Numbered from the whole stretch's first letter, positions 12,820-26,364 are shown. The stretch is 63,957 nt of DNA, filler included, from 7 parts of 7 records of this genome joined end to end with filler, not necessarily neighbours in it; one strand, 5' to 3'. The notes: generated from the sequence alone by a model not told the origin. Numbers and translations: made by a program.

Positions 12820-15800
12820 ATGTCGGTCGAGCACGCTGTAATCCGGTGCGCGCCGCATGGGCTAGCCTGGGTGAGCCTGCTCGCAGCGAGGTGCTGCTCC
12901 AGTTCCAGGCGCTCGTGGTCCAGCGGTACAGCGGCCACCTGGCCGCCAGCACCCAGAAGAGCGGGGTACTCGAGCCCCGGCTATGCGAGACGGTGCCCCG
13001 AGCCCCCCCCACAACCCCAGCCCGCTCATCTGGCCACTGCTCAGCTCGATGCGCTCGACCCGGTGCAGATCGACGACGCCCTCCGGCGGGTTCAAAAGTG
13101 GCTCGCGCTGTTCGCCCGACAGTACCTTTCAGACATCTGCGTCACGCTGCTCAAAGTGCACGGTGCGCGCCTGACCTCCGCCCCGAGTGTGCTGATCTGG
13201 GCGGGTGGGCGACAGGCCTGTTTGACCACCGCGACCCGAGCAGGGCCCAGGTGCCGCGACCGTCGCTGAGCGAGAGCGGGGCGGCCGCGCTGGTTCCGGA
13301 GGAGGTGCACGAGGACACGGTCGAGTTCCTGCTGTTCGACACGCTGAAGAGCGTGCTGCAAGCCGCGGTGGAGGACGGCACCACAGAGCTCGACAAGCAG
13401 GGCTCGATCATTAGTTTCTGCTACGAGCACGTGAGCTACACCAACACGCTGCCGGTCCAGATCCGGGCCTCCGAGTGCCTGGGGCTGCTGTCGGTCGGAG
13501 GCGGGCTGCCGGCGATCTGCACCAGACTGTTTCAAGATCTGGTCGCGATCAAGGTGCCGCCCAGCAGTGCCCGGCCGCTCACAGGCTGCCCAGGACGATA
13601 AGCAGATCCGAGAGTACGTGCCCTACCAGCGCGCTGCGGTGAGGGGCGGTCGGTGCCGGGCTGAGCTGGGCGGGCAGGGGTACCTCAAGTTTGGGTTCGA
13701 AAGCGCGCTCCAGACAGATACAACGCTCGAGTACTTGTCCAACCTGCATCAGGTGACCCGGGCCCGGGCTGCAGCGTTAGGCAAGTCTCAGGTGATGGCT
13801 CGGATGGACCGCGGAGTGCTCAGGGCCCAGATCTGCTACTCGCTCGGCCGGATATTCATGTGCGCTCTGCTGCCAATCTAGCTGACCGGAGCTGGACAGG
13901 GGGGTGAAGGACAATGGGAGCGAGAGCTGCCGGGTAGCCTTCCACCAGTTCTCGCTCTCGGTGCGGGCTGACAAGTTCTGGAAGCTCTTCTCGTCGGTGT
14001 ACGCTCTGGTGTACGAGTGGTCCAAGACTAAGAGGTGCCGAGCCTGCCGGCCGGGCAGCGAGCCTAGGACAGGCATGCAGTGTTCTGCTACAGCCTGATG
14101 CACCAGATGGTCTGCCTGGGCACCAAGGAGTTCTACTTTGACAGCAACCGAGCCGACCTGCTCGCGCTGCTGATCTCGGGGACTACAGTGGATGGGATGA
14201 AGATTGCGTGCCTGCGGTGCCTGGCCAAGTACCTGCAGGAGCTCCCTAACGACCTGGTGGCCATGGAGCCGGAGAAGTTCATAGGCCAGATGACCAAGCT
14301 GATCAGCGTGATCCTGCCCAACAACAGCCCGGTCCAGCCGGACGAGGTGCAGATCATCGTCGCCATCCTGCTAGAAGTGGCCCGCAAGCACGTACACTTT
14401 GTTGCCGACCAGATACAGGAGGTGCTAGGTTCGTCCGACTACTCGATTGAGCAGCACACCATCATGCTCAAGGTGCTCTCCAAGATCGCTCTCGAGTACC
14501 AGCACGACGTAACCGCGCACAACTATCTGCTGGCGCCACTGATTCTACCGTTTGCTTTCGAGAAGGAACGGTCGCCCCCGGCGCTGGCTGCGATCAGAGC
14601 TGCAATCGAATGCTTCCCGCACCTTCAGATATCGCCCGAGGAGAAGCACCGGCAGATGGTGTCGTGCATCGGCGGCTTCACGGTGAGCGAGGATCCACAG
14701 ATGGCCAGTGTGGCCTCGGATGCGCTCATGGAGCACCTGAAGCTCTCGAACGGGACCAAGCTGCACGAGGTGATCGGAGTGCTGGTCAACGAGCTGGCGC
14801 TGCACTCGATGGACAGGGCCAAGGTGCTCATGTCGTTCAACCTGATCACGAGCGTGGTCGAGAAGTTCCTGGAGATCAGCAGCAGTGCACGCCGCCAGAG
14901 CAGCTCAGATACGCTCTCTGTAGCACATAATGACGACACTTCGTCGGAGGAGATGTCTATAAGTGAAGCCACTACTGCCACAGCCAGCACCCGACAGATA
15001 ACTACCGCGACGGATTTCTCCTCTAGGAAGTGGTTCACGCAGTCCGGGGCGAGTGACTCGAAGAAGTGGGGAGGTCGGCGGCACCGCAACATCTCGAGTG
15101 CCACCAGCCGGGCGGACTGGGACCCAAGCAGCTCGAACGCATGGCGAGTGATCGACTGGGTGGCGCTGAGGCGGATCAGAGACCACTTGGACGGGATCTG
15201 CCTGATGTGGATGTCCAATCCCGACATGGAGATGCGCAACCGAGCCCTGTCGGTGATGACGCTACTCGCCAACGACCAGTTCAACGAGGCCGAGGAGCTG
15301 CACACTGGCGAGGCGCCGCCCGTGTCGATGGCAGCCATCCTGCACGAGCCGAACGTGGAGGCAGGCACCATCTGCAACCCTTTCTGGTCGTCTCAGCTGT
15401 CAACAGTGATTAATCACCGACATGCGGACTTTGCCAGGATAATCTCATGGGCCTGGTACCGACTGTCCTCGGGCTGGAACATTATGAAGAACAAGTCTGA
15501 GGACTGCGTGAACGATCTGGACGCCTTCCAGCTGTGGATGAACAACCTTCGCTTCCTGTGCACAGCTCTGCGCTTACCCTTCCACTCCAGCACAGCTCCT
15601 TGGGGTCAGGATAGCAGTGCTCCTCCAAACTACCCCCCTTTGGGTGAAGAGCAGTTCCAGGAATTTTTCGAGGAGTGCTTTGAGCTGATGTGTCACCCTT
15701 CTCTCGACATTGTCAATGCTACTCTGGGAGAGCTCGGGGATGTGCATCACTCATGCCATGAGAGATTGGTGGCTGCCCTGAAGCTTTACGAGGCCCGGCG

Positions 15801-18800
15801 GCCCTTGCCGAGCAAAGATGGCGAGAAGGAGAAGGAGAAGGACAACAACAAGAACTACAGCATGGTCTCTGCATATGATTTATACTTCAGAGAACATGTG
15901 TTGGATCTGATTGCTCGGTTGTATGATAACATCTCGCCGCATCATTTCTTCACTATGGCTCCCAGCGTGAAGCAGACTCTGATCGACAGTGTCCAGGTCT
16001 GGATGCAGGCCTCAAACCAGGCTACCAGCGAAGAGACTAGCATAACAGCACGAACTAATGCAGCGCGACTGGTCAGCCACTACCTGCGCTTCTGCACATT
16101 TGCAGCATCACAGCATGATGACCGTCGAAGCAACAACTCAATCGGGCGCATCTCGAGCGGCTCCGACGAAAAGGACAAGGAATCTTCAATTGGGGGCGTC
16201 CACTTGCTCGACTTCAGCCAGCCGTCACAGGATCACTGTGAAGTGCTGTTTACACTGGTGATGGGGTGGGTGCCACTGACTGAGCCGACCAATTCTCAAC
16301 GCTTGGGAGGTTGCGCACCCACCAGCTGCACTCCGCGAACCTCTGAGAAATCAGTGCGCGCGCTGGATATTGCTGTGCTCGGGTGTATCGCTACAATTAT
16401 GTCTGTGGGCCCCACTGCCCTCGAACTGCAGAGCAAGGTGTACAAGGCAGTCAAATTCTTCTTGGAGCGCTCCACCCGAAACCGAGAGGCCGTCACCGAA
16501 GTGCTTTCTGTGCTCCTGCTGCATAATCCAGAGAGTTCCCGCCACTTCTTTGTGTCGAGTTGCCCGGAATTGCACATCCCAAAGCAATCTGAGCATTGTC
16601 CAAAGGCCCAAAGCCTGGCAAGGCAACTATCTCATGCATTCTTTGATGCGCTTGCCGACAATCTCTTGAACGAGCTACCAGATTGGTTGGCTTCAAAGCA
16701 TATCTTTCCAGCTCAGCTGCTGCTTGCACTGTTCCTCTTCCAATGCTCCCCAGATCCAGAAGTGAGACAACTCACAATAAATATTGCCAACGAATTGATG
16801 GCAGAAAGAATACTTGACCCAGGAGATGGAATCCTGAGAGCTTCGCCACACCCTTCACCACACATTTACCTCGAGGGTGCTTTGTGCTACTCCAAGTCGC
16901 TGGCATCACGCTACAAGGAGCTCACTGCACCGTTACTCCTGGAGCTTACAATGCTCAACGAGTTTCTGGACCAGGGTAACAAAGAATGGATGCTTCGGGT
17001 GATTTTGCCGTGGGTTGAGAACTTTTCATTCAATTTAAAGCAAGAGCGGACTTCACCAGCCAAGGATACCAAGAACACACGCTCAATCTTGGAGAGCTTG
17101 TTCACCCTGACTCGACAAAACGCCTCAACAGCGCTACATCTGGGAGATTTGTGGAAACAATTGATGAAAAACCAGGAGAACATCGAACTTGTGGTAATGG
17201 AAGTCATTGAATTCTTGCTGTTGCGGCACTCCTCAGCAAGCTCCCAAGAGGATCGATCCTTGTGCTCGATGATCATTGTGTTTGTATCTCGCACTCGTGT
17301 CTCCGGAGTGATAATTGAGGCCTTGGTCTCTGAGCTTCGAAACTACGACGCACCAATGCCAGAGGCTAATGAGGTATTTTATGCGGCAATTGTCCTGCTC
17401 ACCCTGTGGCTGTTAGGTGTTTCTGCAGTGGCATCTTACTCGGGGTTCGGATCCTCAACCACTGAGCCCTCGTGAGCAATCAGCATTCGAGTTGCTCGCC
17501 GACTTTGCTTACGAACACAACAAGAAAATGGTCAAGTTCTTACCACTCATTCTCCAGAACGCATTTGTTGTGTCAGCAGCCCGAGGGGAGGACCAGGAGA
17601 ATGCCCAGCAGTCAGAGAGGCGAGGAGACGAGGAGCGAGCAGACAGAGAGCTTCTGCTCAACTTGATGGGCGGAACTGGCGCTCCAAATGCCGCAGATAC
17701 GTTTGCTGGCGACCTCGTGAGCCGTGGATCTGTGAGAGGGCACGTGTCTGCGCTCTCGAGTCTTCAGCCCGACATCCACACCAAGTGGGCCTCTATGTCC
17801 TTCAAATGGGCGGTGCTGAGCACCGATAAGACAATATCTCAAGTGTCATGGCGACTGTTCTCTTTCCTTAACAAGGACTACTCGATCGAAACCATGCACC
17901 GGGTTGCTCTGTGCTTGCACACAGCGACCGCATGCAACGAGTACGATAAGATGCTCGTCCTGCTCGGAATCATTGCCGACATCCCAAGCAACCTGCTAGC
18001 AACGAATCGTCAAATGTGGGACTTTCAAGCAAGCGTGGCTCTGGCGTCCCTGTCGACGACTAATGTCAACTTGTTTAAGATGGCGTTAAACACATGGAGG
18101 ATACTGATAGACGGCTGTCCAGACCTGCAGAAGAGAGTTCGAATTCTGGACATGGGTGAGCTCTGGACATTTAAGGGCCAGCGGATAGACTCCGCACTCT
18201 GTGGCACAATGCTGCGTGGACTTTTGTCCCCATTGACGGCCAAGCATACGATTGCAGAGCTCGAGAGGTTCGTGCAGGCCTATGCACATGACATGGATCC
18301 AAACAACGAGATGCTGATGGCTGTGTTACTGACGCAGATGGTACAAGTTTGTGTACAGGGTAATAGCGAGAGCTGTGATAAATATTGTCGATTCCTCGAC
18401 GATTCCGGATATGCTGTTGAGGCTGTGGCGACACTCTTCCATGACTATCAGAATGGCGTGGCACCCGAAGAGGTGGGCCATCCACTACCCTTAGTGCGAA
18501 GTTGTTGACCTTGATGGCAGGTGCCCAAGTTCATTGTTGATTTTTGCCAAGCGTTTCTGCTGACTTTCCCAACTCCTGACGACTGGAACCGGGTGATGAA
18601 GATTTTAGGCAAGTTCCTTCATCGAGGGATGGAAGAGTGGCAAATTCCAATCATGTACACATTAGGAAACTTCCTATCTCGGGCGCCACATCTCTGGACT
18701 GACAAGCTATTCGTGAACATTACACAGCGCGTTCTTGATTTCTCGGGTGATGTGGGCAACCTGAACGATGCTCGGTCTGTTGCTGCCGATTTCCTGATGC

Positions 18801-19325
18801 GGTCATTGATGGATAATGCACCTGCAACGCTTTTGGCCAACTCAAAGGAGGTCTTCAACTTCATCCATCATCCTGCAGATGCAATCAAGAAGCTGGCGAA
18901 TAAGGAAGAAATAAAGAACAGCAATCGGTTCTCAGGAGCCACCTTGAAGGAAGGGCAAGAGGCGCACGACCTGATGCTTCTCAGGCTGTCCCACCACTCA
19001 CTCAAGATGCATAATGTTACCGAAGCCACCCGGCACAAGCTGTTCAATTATCGGGATGACTTCAACAGCAAGGACAAGAGAGATCTGCATCCTCTGCCAA
19101 GGATCAGTCGAGAAAATAGTCGCGGGTCGCCAGTTTCGACCTCCACAAAGGGTTCACCACTCCTAACACCACACTCACTGCACCTAGAAGGCGACGAAGA
19201 GTCGTACACGGAAGATGAAGAGTCTTATACATATGTCACCGACGAGGAGGGGGACGAGGAGGGGGATGAGGAGTCCTACGAGGACGAGGAGTCCTACGAG
19301 GAGGACGAGGAGGATGAGGATGAGG
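12820..19325 (+). CDS. Furry/Tao3/MOR2-PAG1-like HEAT scaffold protein (3'-truncated at contig end)
   Basis: ATG 12820. Small introns e.g. 12846-12886, 12993-13044, 13163-13215, 13554-13603, 13639-13677. Furry-like motifs: GYLKFG, YSLMHQMVCLG, MLRVILPWVENF, ISQVSWRLFSFL. Acidic tail runs into the gap. Confidence 0.7.
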
Positions 19326-19425
19326 NNNNNNNNNNNNNNNNNNNNNNNNNNNNNNNNNNNNNNNNNNNNTTAATTAATTAANNNNNNNNNNNNNNNNNNN
19401 NNNNNNNNNNNNNNNNNNNNNNNNN
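19326..19425. other. Artificial contig-joining spacer
   Basis: 44 N + TTAATTAATTAA (stops in all six frames) + 44 N. Confidence 0.98.
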
Positions 19426-19618
19426 ACGAGCAGCACGCCCGGCACTGCCCACAAGGCGAAGATTAATTAAAGATTGAAAAGAATTTATTTTTACGTTATG
19501 TGTACAAATTTGTGGTGCATGCATGTGCTAGTGTAGCGCTAGCTAGTGCATGCGCGCGCATACTTAAACAAACAGAATACAAGGACTTCAAGTCGTGATC
19601 TTCATCGCAGTTACGAAA

Positions 19619-20963
19619 TCAAATGTCCATTGACTGCTTTGGCAGTATTTGCTCGCCATCTGGTCGGATGAGAGGCGACGAGCAATCGCTTTGCCCGTCT
19701 ATGTCGTCTAGGTCAATCCCGACTTGATGTTCCGCGACCATATTGTCGAGATCCACTTCATCAGTATACATCGGGTTTACAACTGCTTCGGTATCCTGTA
19801 CCTGGGATTCGTATATGGGATTCGCAATTTCTTCCTTCATCGTATCTACAGTTTCTTCCTTCATCGTATCAGGTAGGACTCCAACTGTGGGGGGCAGATC
19901 GCTTTTGAGGTGCTCTGGATGCGCTGTAGCCATTGGATTCGTTGAACAGTGGGATATAGTTGGTATTTCAATCTGAGAGCTGGGGTTCAGCGGTTCCTTC
20001 TCTGGAACGATCTCTGGTTTCAATGCCTCTGCGAAGTGGTTCCTGTAGAAGATGAACCCGATTACTGTGAGCATGATACAGAACAATGATGCAGCAATGA
20101 TCATTCCGATAAAGAGTGGAGTATTTGTATTGCTTTCCTCAGCGGGCGTGGGAGCGGGTGTCGTCATGACCAGCTGTACAGCTTCACCCGAGGCAGCGAT
20201 CAGACCTGTGTGCACTCACAAAATCAGCATTTATCTACGCAAGGGTAGCAGCGCAAGAGTCACCCGAAAAATTGCCACCAGCGTCCCTGAGCTGCTGCTG
20301 AAATAGCGACGATGCCATGAAGGAATTGACTTCGCTGGCTGCCGCTGCTGCATCTTCAGCGGTTGATGTCCGCATCGCGAATGTCGCCTGCAAACCAGCA
20401 CCTCAGCGCCCGACAACTGATTGGATTGGGGCCTCGTAGGTTCGACGGCTGACCATGTCGGTGGTGCACAACACGCTGGTCGAGGGCAATCCAACAGCCT
20501 CCGCCAGGACATTCTCCAGTCGCTGCGCACTCCCGTCGCCAAATTGAGACGCCGAGATCCCGACCAGCGTCGTTTCGCCCCTGCTCGCCCGTGTCAGGGC
20601 CATGTACGGCACAATCACACTGCACCGTATGATGCAGTCGGCGCACGACTGTACCGACCATCCGGCGTAGCGTCGCCTGCTCGGATCAGCGGTGGGGCTC
20701 TGGGTGGGGGGCGCGGTGGGGGACTCTGTCGGGTTCGCGGTGGTGTTCGAGGTGTCGCCGGGGGTGGGGGCTCGGCGGCTCCAGTGGATGTGAGACCTGG
20801 GATCGTGCGCCAGGATCTCGCTTAGATCATCCGCCAGCATCGACGCCTGCTTCCGCAAGAGCTCGGCCTCCTGCTCTAGCTCGGGAGGGCTCTTTGCCAG
20901 CACCAGCGCCAGCGCCATTGCCAGCACGGCGGCGAAGTGCAGGAGTCTGCTCGCCATCCACAT
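19619..20963 (-). CDS. Type-I membrane protein: signal peptide, PT-rich linker, SEA-like ectodomain, TM helix, NPxY-containing tail
   Basis: ORF 20403-20972 gives the signal peptide and PTESPTAPPTQSPT. ORF 19619-20215 gives TM PLFIGMIIAASLFCIMLTVIGFIFY plus NPIY and NPMY. Middle exon junctions are not fully resolved. Confidence 0.6.
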
Positions 20964-21242
20964 CAATTCCAACCTCCACGAAAATGGAGGCGCGTGATGG
21001 AGGCGTACAAAGCTTGATTACGGTACTGCCGCGATTAGATGTAGATTAGTACGTGAATACTTACATCTGCCTCGGCTTCAACTAATAATCGACGTAGACT
21101 CATTCCTACATACGCTATTGCAACGAGACTCTGCGGATTGGTGAGTCGGGTCGTAGATTAGTCGCGCATGACCATGATGGTACTCATGCCAATGACAAGC
21201 GTTTCAAGCCTTGTTACGCGGATGCAACAGAGCAGAACCATT

Positions 21243-22750
21243 CTAATTGGAAGCGGCGGCCGCGACTTCCTTTGCTTTCTCAGGTGCATCCTTGACCTGG
21301 GTCCAACCATAAAAAAACAAGTTGATCGGCACCGACTGTCACCTGTGGTTTGTCCTCTGCATTCTTGTTCTCGATCTTATTGTCGATCATGTTATGAAGG
21401 GCAATGATCGAACGAATCATGGAAGACAGGTAAATGACCATTGTCATATCGTTGGTCTGGCCAGCACAGCAAGCACAAATGAATCAAAAGGCGGCATTAG
21501 AGCTGGCACAGAGGGCAAAAGTCACAAGAGCAAGTTCGCACCTTGATGGCAAAGGCTTTGACCATCTCCTCCATGGTAAGATTCGGCAAGAGATTGAAGA
21601 TGTCCTGAATCATTCCAACGATCTCGTTGTTCACCTGGATTAGGATCACTCGGGACCAGCTGAGAGGTGAACCGGAAGCTTCTTGGAGATAACATTCTCA
21701 AGGTACTTGGTTACGTCTTGCAGTCTAGAGTGCAAACCCTTCATTGCATTGAGCTTTGTGCCCACCTGCGAACAGGAATTGCTTCATGTGGTGTGCGACG
21801 GGGGGGTTCGACAGGAGCCAAATCTAGTGCTGGTCGACACTTTAGATCGCTGGGCTACTGTGACAGCCCTGACTGGGTGATTGCACACTTTGCTAACCAG
21901 GACGGTTCGGGACCTGCTGAGCGAGAGTGCTTGCGTTTGCGTGCTTGATGTCTCGTAACAAGTGCTCCACACCAATCTCTTCTGCTTCCTCGGCCCCAAT
22001 TTCAGAGGGTATGTGATGAAACGTGTACACAGAGGAGGTACCGTCCTGCAGCACAGCAGTGACCTTCAGTTTCAACGGCGAGCACAGCCCGTAAGAGACA
22101 TGCACTTGGACAGTAGCGTCCACAGCTCAGGCGCAGTGACTTAATCATGGGCAGAGACCTCCTTGTCTTCTTCTAACGCTACGTATGCCTCCGTGGTCGT
22201 GCCCATTTCGCGGGCCTTTACGTCTATGACTACATACACCGGATTGGGGGTGTAGTTGCGGAAGAGGTCGTGCACCTACGGGAGGCAGGCTGAGTCGCGC
22301 ATGTGCTAGCTCCCGACACCTCAATGTCGACGGGTTTGATCTTTGGGCCAGTCGAGTACCAGCCGACGATCTTCTCCTTCGCTGCCAGCACAATGTGAAT
22401 CAGTGGTGCTGCACAGCTGGGGTGCTCGCGTCACGGCGCACCTGCCACCTTCCGGAACATACTGTACATTACCTCCAGAAAGTCGTGGTCCACGAACCAG
22501 GTGCCCGCGTGCTTGTCGTCCTCGTCGAACGGGACTGCAACAGCAAAACCACACGGCGGTGAGAACCCGCGCCGGCAACGGCACACAGACCGGCGAAGCT
22601 GTTGGTGACGTTCACCACGCCCTTGGACACGTCGCCGAGGAGCACCCCGACAACTCGCTTGCGCGGCCCTCCCCCGCTGCGACTGTAGTGGTCTACCGTG
22701 CTGAGCAGTACCAGCGGATGCACGACGACAGACGAGCCCGGCGCTGCCAT
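21243..22750 (-). CDS. RPN8: 26S proteasome lid subunit Rpn8/PSMD7 (MPN family)
   Basis: Spliced model gives [61 protein letters not shown] and [10 protein letters not shown]; 8 GT-AG introns. Confidence 0.95.
22066..22148 (-). ncRNA. Candidate intronic box C/D snoRNA
   Basis: Lies in the 113-nt Rpn8 intron 22046-22158. Box C-like ATGATTA, internal CTGA (D') and terminal CTGA (D), spanning about 83 nt. Confidence 0.4.
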
Positions 22751-22971
22751 GCTAAACAACCCTGCTGTACCACCACAGCCCTGCCTTGCCGGAGTGCGAG
22801 TCGAGCTGTTCGTTCCGTTGAATTTTTTGATTGAGGAAGCCTTTAGGAAGGCGACCCCTGCTTCTCGGGCCGCTGCGCTGCGCGTGCACAGCCCGGCTGC
22901 GCCCAGCCTGCTCCTCGCTGCAGTCCAGGAGAGCGCCGCTTTTACCCGCCGTGACACCCCGTGGTACCGAG

Positions 22972-25900
22972 ATGAAGCGCAAGTCGCTCGGGGGCTCGCG
23001 GGAAGGGAGCAATCGCACCGCCTCAGAGGCCATTCGGGTGGTGGTCCGCTGCCGACCGCTGATCAAGCGGCAGGTGCCCCCAGCCCTACTGACCCGCTGG
23101 CCTCTTAACGGTGTCAACCAGATCCACGGCCGCGAAAAGTCGGTGATCCAGTGCGTGGATCATTGGACAGTAGCCTTGCCCGGTCCAAACCACAAGAGAT
23201 TCACGTTTGATCGAGTGTTTGGCGAGGCCTCGGAGCAGGAAGAGGTGCGGCTCGGCTAAAGCAGGCGGCTGAGGATCTGTCGGTAAGGTCTACCAGAACA
23301 CAGCGCTCACCCTGGTCGAAGCAGCGCTCGACGGATACAACGGCACTGTGTTTGCATGTAATTCGCCGCATGCATCACTGCTGCCTCCTCACGGTTGCCG
23401 ATGGTGCAGATGGTCAGACTGGGAGTGGCAAGACGTACACCATGGTGTGGCGTGCCGCCTAATTGTCCCTTTTGACTTGCTCTATGGCGGCTCACAGCAG
23501 TCTTAGCCTGAATTGTGCAGGACGGCCACACGGATAAGCAAGGGATAATGCGAAGGGCATTCGAGGTTGCGATGGCCTGATTCAACGCGAGTGACACGCG
23601 TGCACCACAGGACATTTTCGGGGGGATAGACCGGGTCCATGAGTCGGGCGCACACTCCACGTTCTTGGTTCGGGTCAATTTCGTTCAGATCTACAAAGAG
23701 GAGGTGACATCAGCCAACTCTAGGGTAGATGACTGATCGTGGTTGAGGTCTACGACTTAATTTCGAACCAAGAAGGAGTTGCTGGAGCTCCAGGCCAGGC
23801 CCTCGAGCTGCGTGAAGATCCAAGGCATGGGTTTTTCATTCAAGGGGTCACAGCAAAGGTGGGCGCAGCCCTAAGCCGCTATGCCACAACTGAGTGTTGG
23901 GTTTAGGTGGTGCGGAACGCATCCCAGTGTACTGCAGCCCTTGAACGTGGCATACAGAAGCGGGTGACGGGTGAGACAGCAATGAATGTCAACTCGTCAA
24001 GGTGCACACCACACATTGGACCCACTGTGCTGAGACTGAAGACGCAATCATCCACTTGTGCAGGTCACATACCGTATTTTCAATTACTGTTGAGCGTGAA
24101 GACATCGTGGACTCCTCAAATGCAGAAGTGGTGTCATAGCCTTAGTAAATGCTGTAAATTAACGCCATCGTAGGTTACTTCGGTGGGGGTGCTCAATTTT
24201 GTGGATCTTGCCGGCTCGGAGAAGCTGACTCGCACCAAGGTTGGCAATGCTGCTGCTTTACTTGACTCTATGTGCTTTCTTCAGTCGGAGGGAGTGCGCA
24301 AAGATGAAGCTCGCTACATCAACTCATCCCTGTCCGCTTTGAATAATGTTATTCGCGCTTTGGTCGCAAATGCTCGCAGCAGCAAGAGCAACCATGTGCC
24401 TTACCGTGATTCTACATTAACCAAGATATTGCGGGAGTCGTTGGGTGGCACAGCTCGGTACCTTTAAAGCATGGCACAATGCTTGAAGCTGTGTCATTTT
24501 CAGGTGTGTGATGGTGGCAAACATAAGCCCTTCTGAAAAAGACGTCGAGGAGACGGCTTCGACACTGTGGCATGCACACAGGTGAGTCCTTACTGGTCTA
24601 TAGGCATGTCTTTTCAAACTCACCACTTTCCCTGTGCAGTGCTAAAGAGATCAGAAATAAGCCAACCAGACATTATGGTGCTGGTGTCTCGAGTATTCAG
24701 GGCTACAAACTAGAAATTGCGAGACTCAAGTCCGAGCTGCACACCTGCATGCGTACTGAGTATAAGATTGCAGGCAGCAACTTGAAGACCAGACCTTTTC
24801 AAATGAGCAAAAAATTTCAGAGCTGACCGAGGCACTGATGGTTCCGACATTTGTGTCTTCTTTAGCTGAGCGCTGGCGAACAAGCGCGGAAGCCCATAGA
24901 GAATCGAATGTGAATGACCGCACCAAGGAGCTTACTCTCGAAATCCAGTCAATGGCAGCTGAAGTACAGCGTTTGAAGGAGGAACTAGAGGTGCTTTGCA
25001 GTTTCTGAAGAGAACGATGCTGTGTGTGCAGGTGACCAAAGTCCGTGACAAGTCAGAATATACGAAGATGGATCGCGATCTTAAAGATGCAAAACAAGAG
25101 ATTCTACACCTTCGGAAGCTCAACGATGAGCAGTCACTAACGCTTGCCAGAATGGAAAGTGCACAGATTGGCTTTGCTGCCGAGAGACAAGAATTGCTGG
25201 TCCGGGCCTGCCAATCACAATCCGAAGGAGGTGCCACGGAGAATATGGCTGAGAGCGATGCTGATACGGAACATCTGGCTGCCACAAAAAGACAGCTTCA
25301 GCAGGCCCTCGAAAGGTTGGGTGACAAGTCGAAGTCGCAGGCCCAAGTAGAGCAGCAATATCAACATGCACTGGATAAAGCGAACAGTGAGGTTCACCTA
25401 CGAGAAAAACTCGAGCAGCAGCTGGATCAAGTCCTGGAGATAGCCCAACAATGCGAACAAACCGAACAGGAACTAGCGTCCGAGGTAAAGAAGCGAGAAA
25501 ACACGGAGAAGGAACTAAATCATACGAAGAACACACTTGGTGAAGAGAGGCGGCAGCGAGAGAGGGTAGAAGAACAGCTGGCCAAGGCTCTGGAAAGCCT
25601 CAAAGGGCAGTCTTCGCAAAACTCTGGTCAATCAAATGAAATGCACAGTGCCATGCAAAGACTAGATAGCACCATTCGCGACAAAGAAGAAAGAGAGAAG
25701 CAGCTGCTCGAAACCATAGGGGATTTTAGGCACAAGAATGAGCACCTGGAATCAAGTATTCAGCAGCTCGAAAGAAACATGGAGAAAGTGAGAGGCGATG
25801 CTCTAAAACGACACAAGACAGAGCAGGCACATTTGCAGCAGGCTGTCGTACGACTTCAGAATGCGTCTCACAAACAGGACGAAACTGAGCAGCGGCTGCT

Positions 25901-25975
25901 TCATGCAATGAATCAAGTGGAGAGTGAAACCAAACACTGCGAGCAAACCGAGCAGCAGCTCCAGCAGGCCATGTG
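22972..25975 (+). CDS. N-terminal-motor kinesin with coiled-coil tail (3'-truncated)
   Basis: Spliced motifs [62 protein letters not shown]; heptad-rich tail 24996-25975. Confidence 0.93.
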
Positions 25976-26075
25976 NNNNNNNNNNNNNNNNNNNNNNNNN
26001 NNNNNNNNNNNNNNNNNNNTTAATTAATTAANNNNNNNNNNNNNNNNNNNNNNNNNNNNNNNNNNNNNNNNNNNN
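25976..26075. other. Artificial contig-joining spacer
   Basis: 44 N + TTAATTAATTAA + 44 N. Confidence 0.98.
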
Positions 26076-26364
26076 CTATGAGCGTTCAGGCCCGGTGGTG
26101 TAGGGGGGCTGAACATTTGGAGCACGCCCATGTCAAATGAGTCACTATAGACACATAAAAATTGAAATTAATTGGTTAATCAACTACGTCAACTAATTAA
26201 CTTAGTGGTTACAGCACGCATGATTGTACACATGTGTAACGTATGAGCATTAGAGATCAAAGCTTGAGATCAGCAATGCTGACATCGGTAACAGACGGGT
26301 CGTGCCCGCCCGCTCCGCCCCGTCAGGCTCTGCTGCAACCGAACTTTACCGAGACCTGCAGCCG

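Noticed and set aside
19190-19325. GAG/GAC-rich repeat as a separate element
   Set aside because: Low-complexity acidic coding tail of the Furry-like gene; likely cause of the contig break
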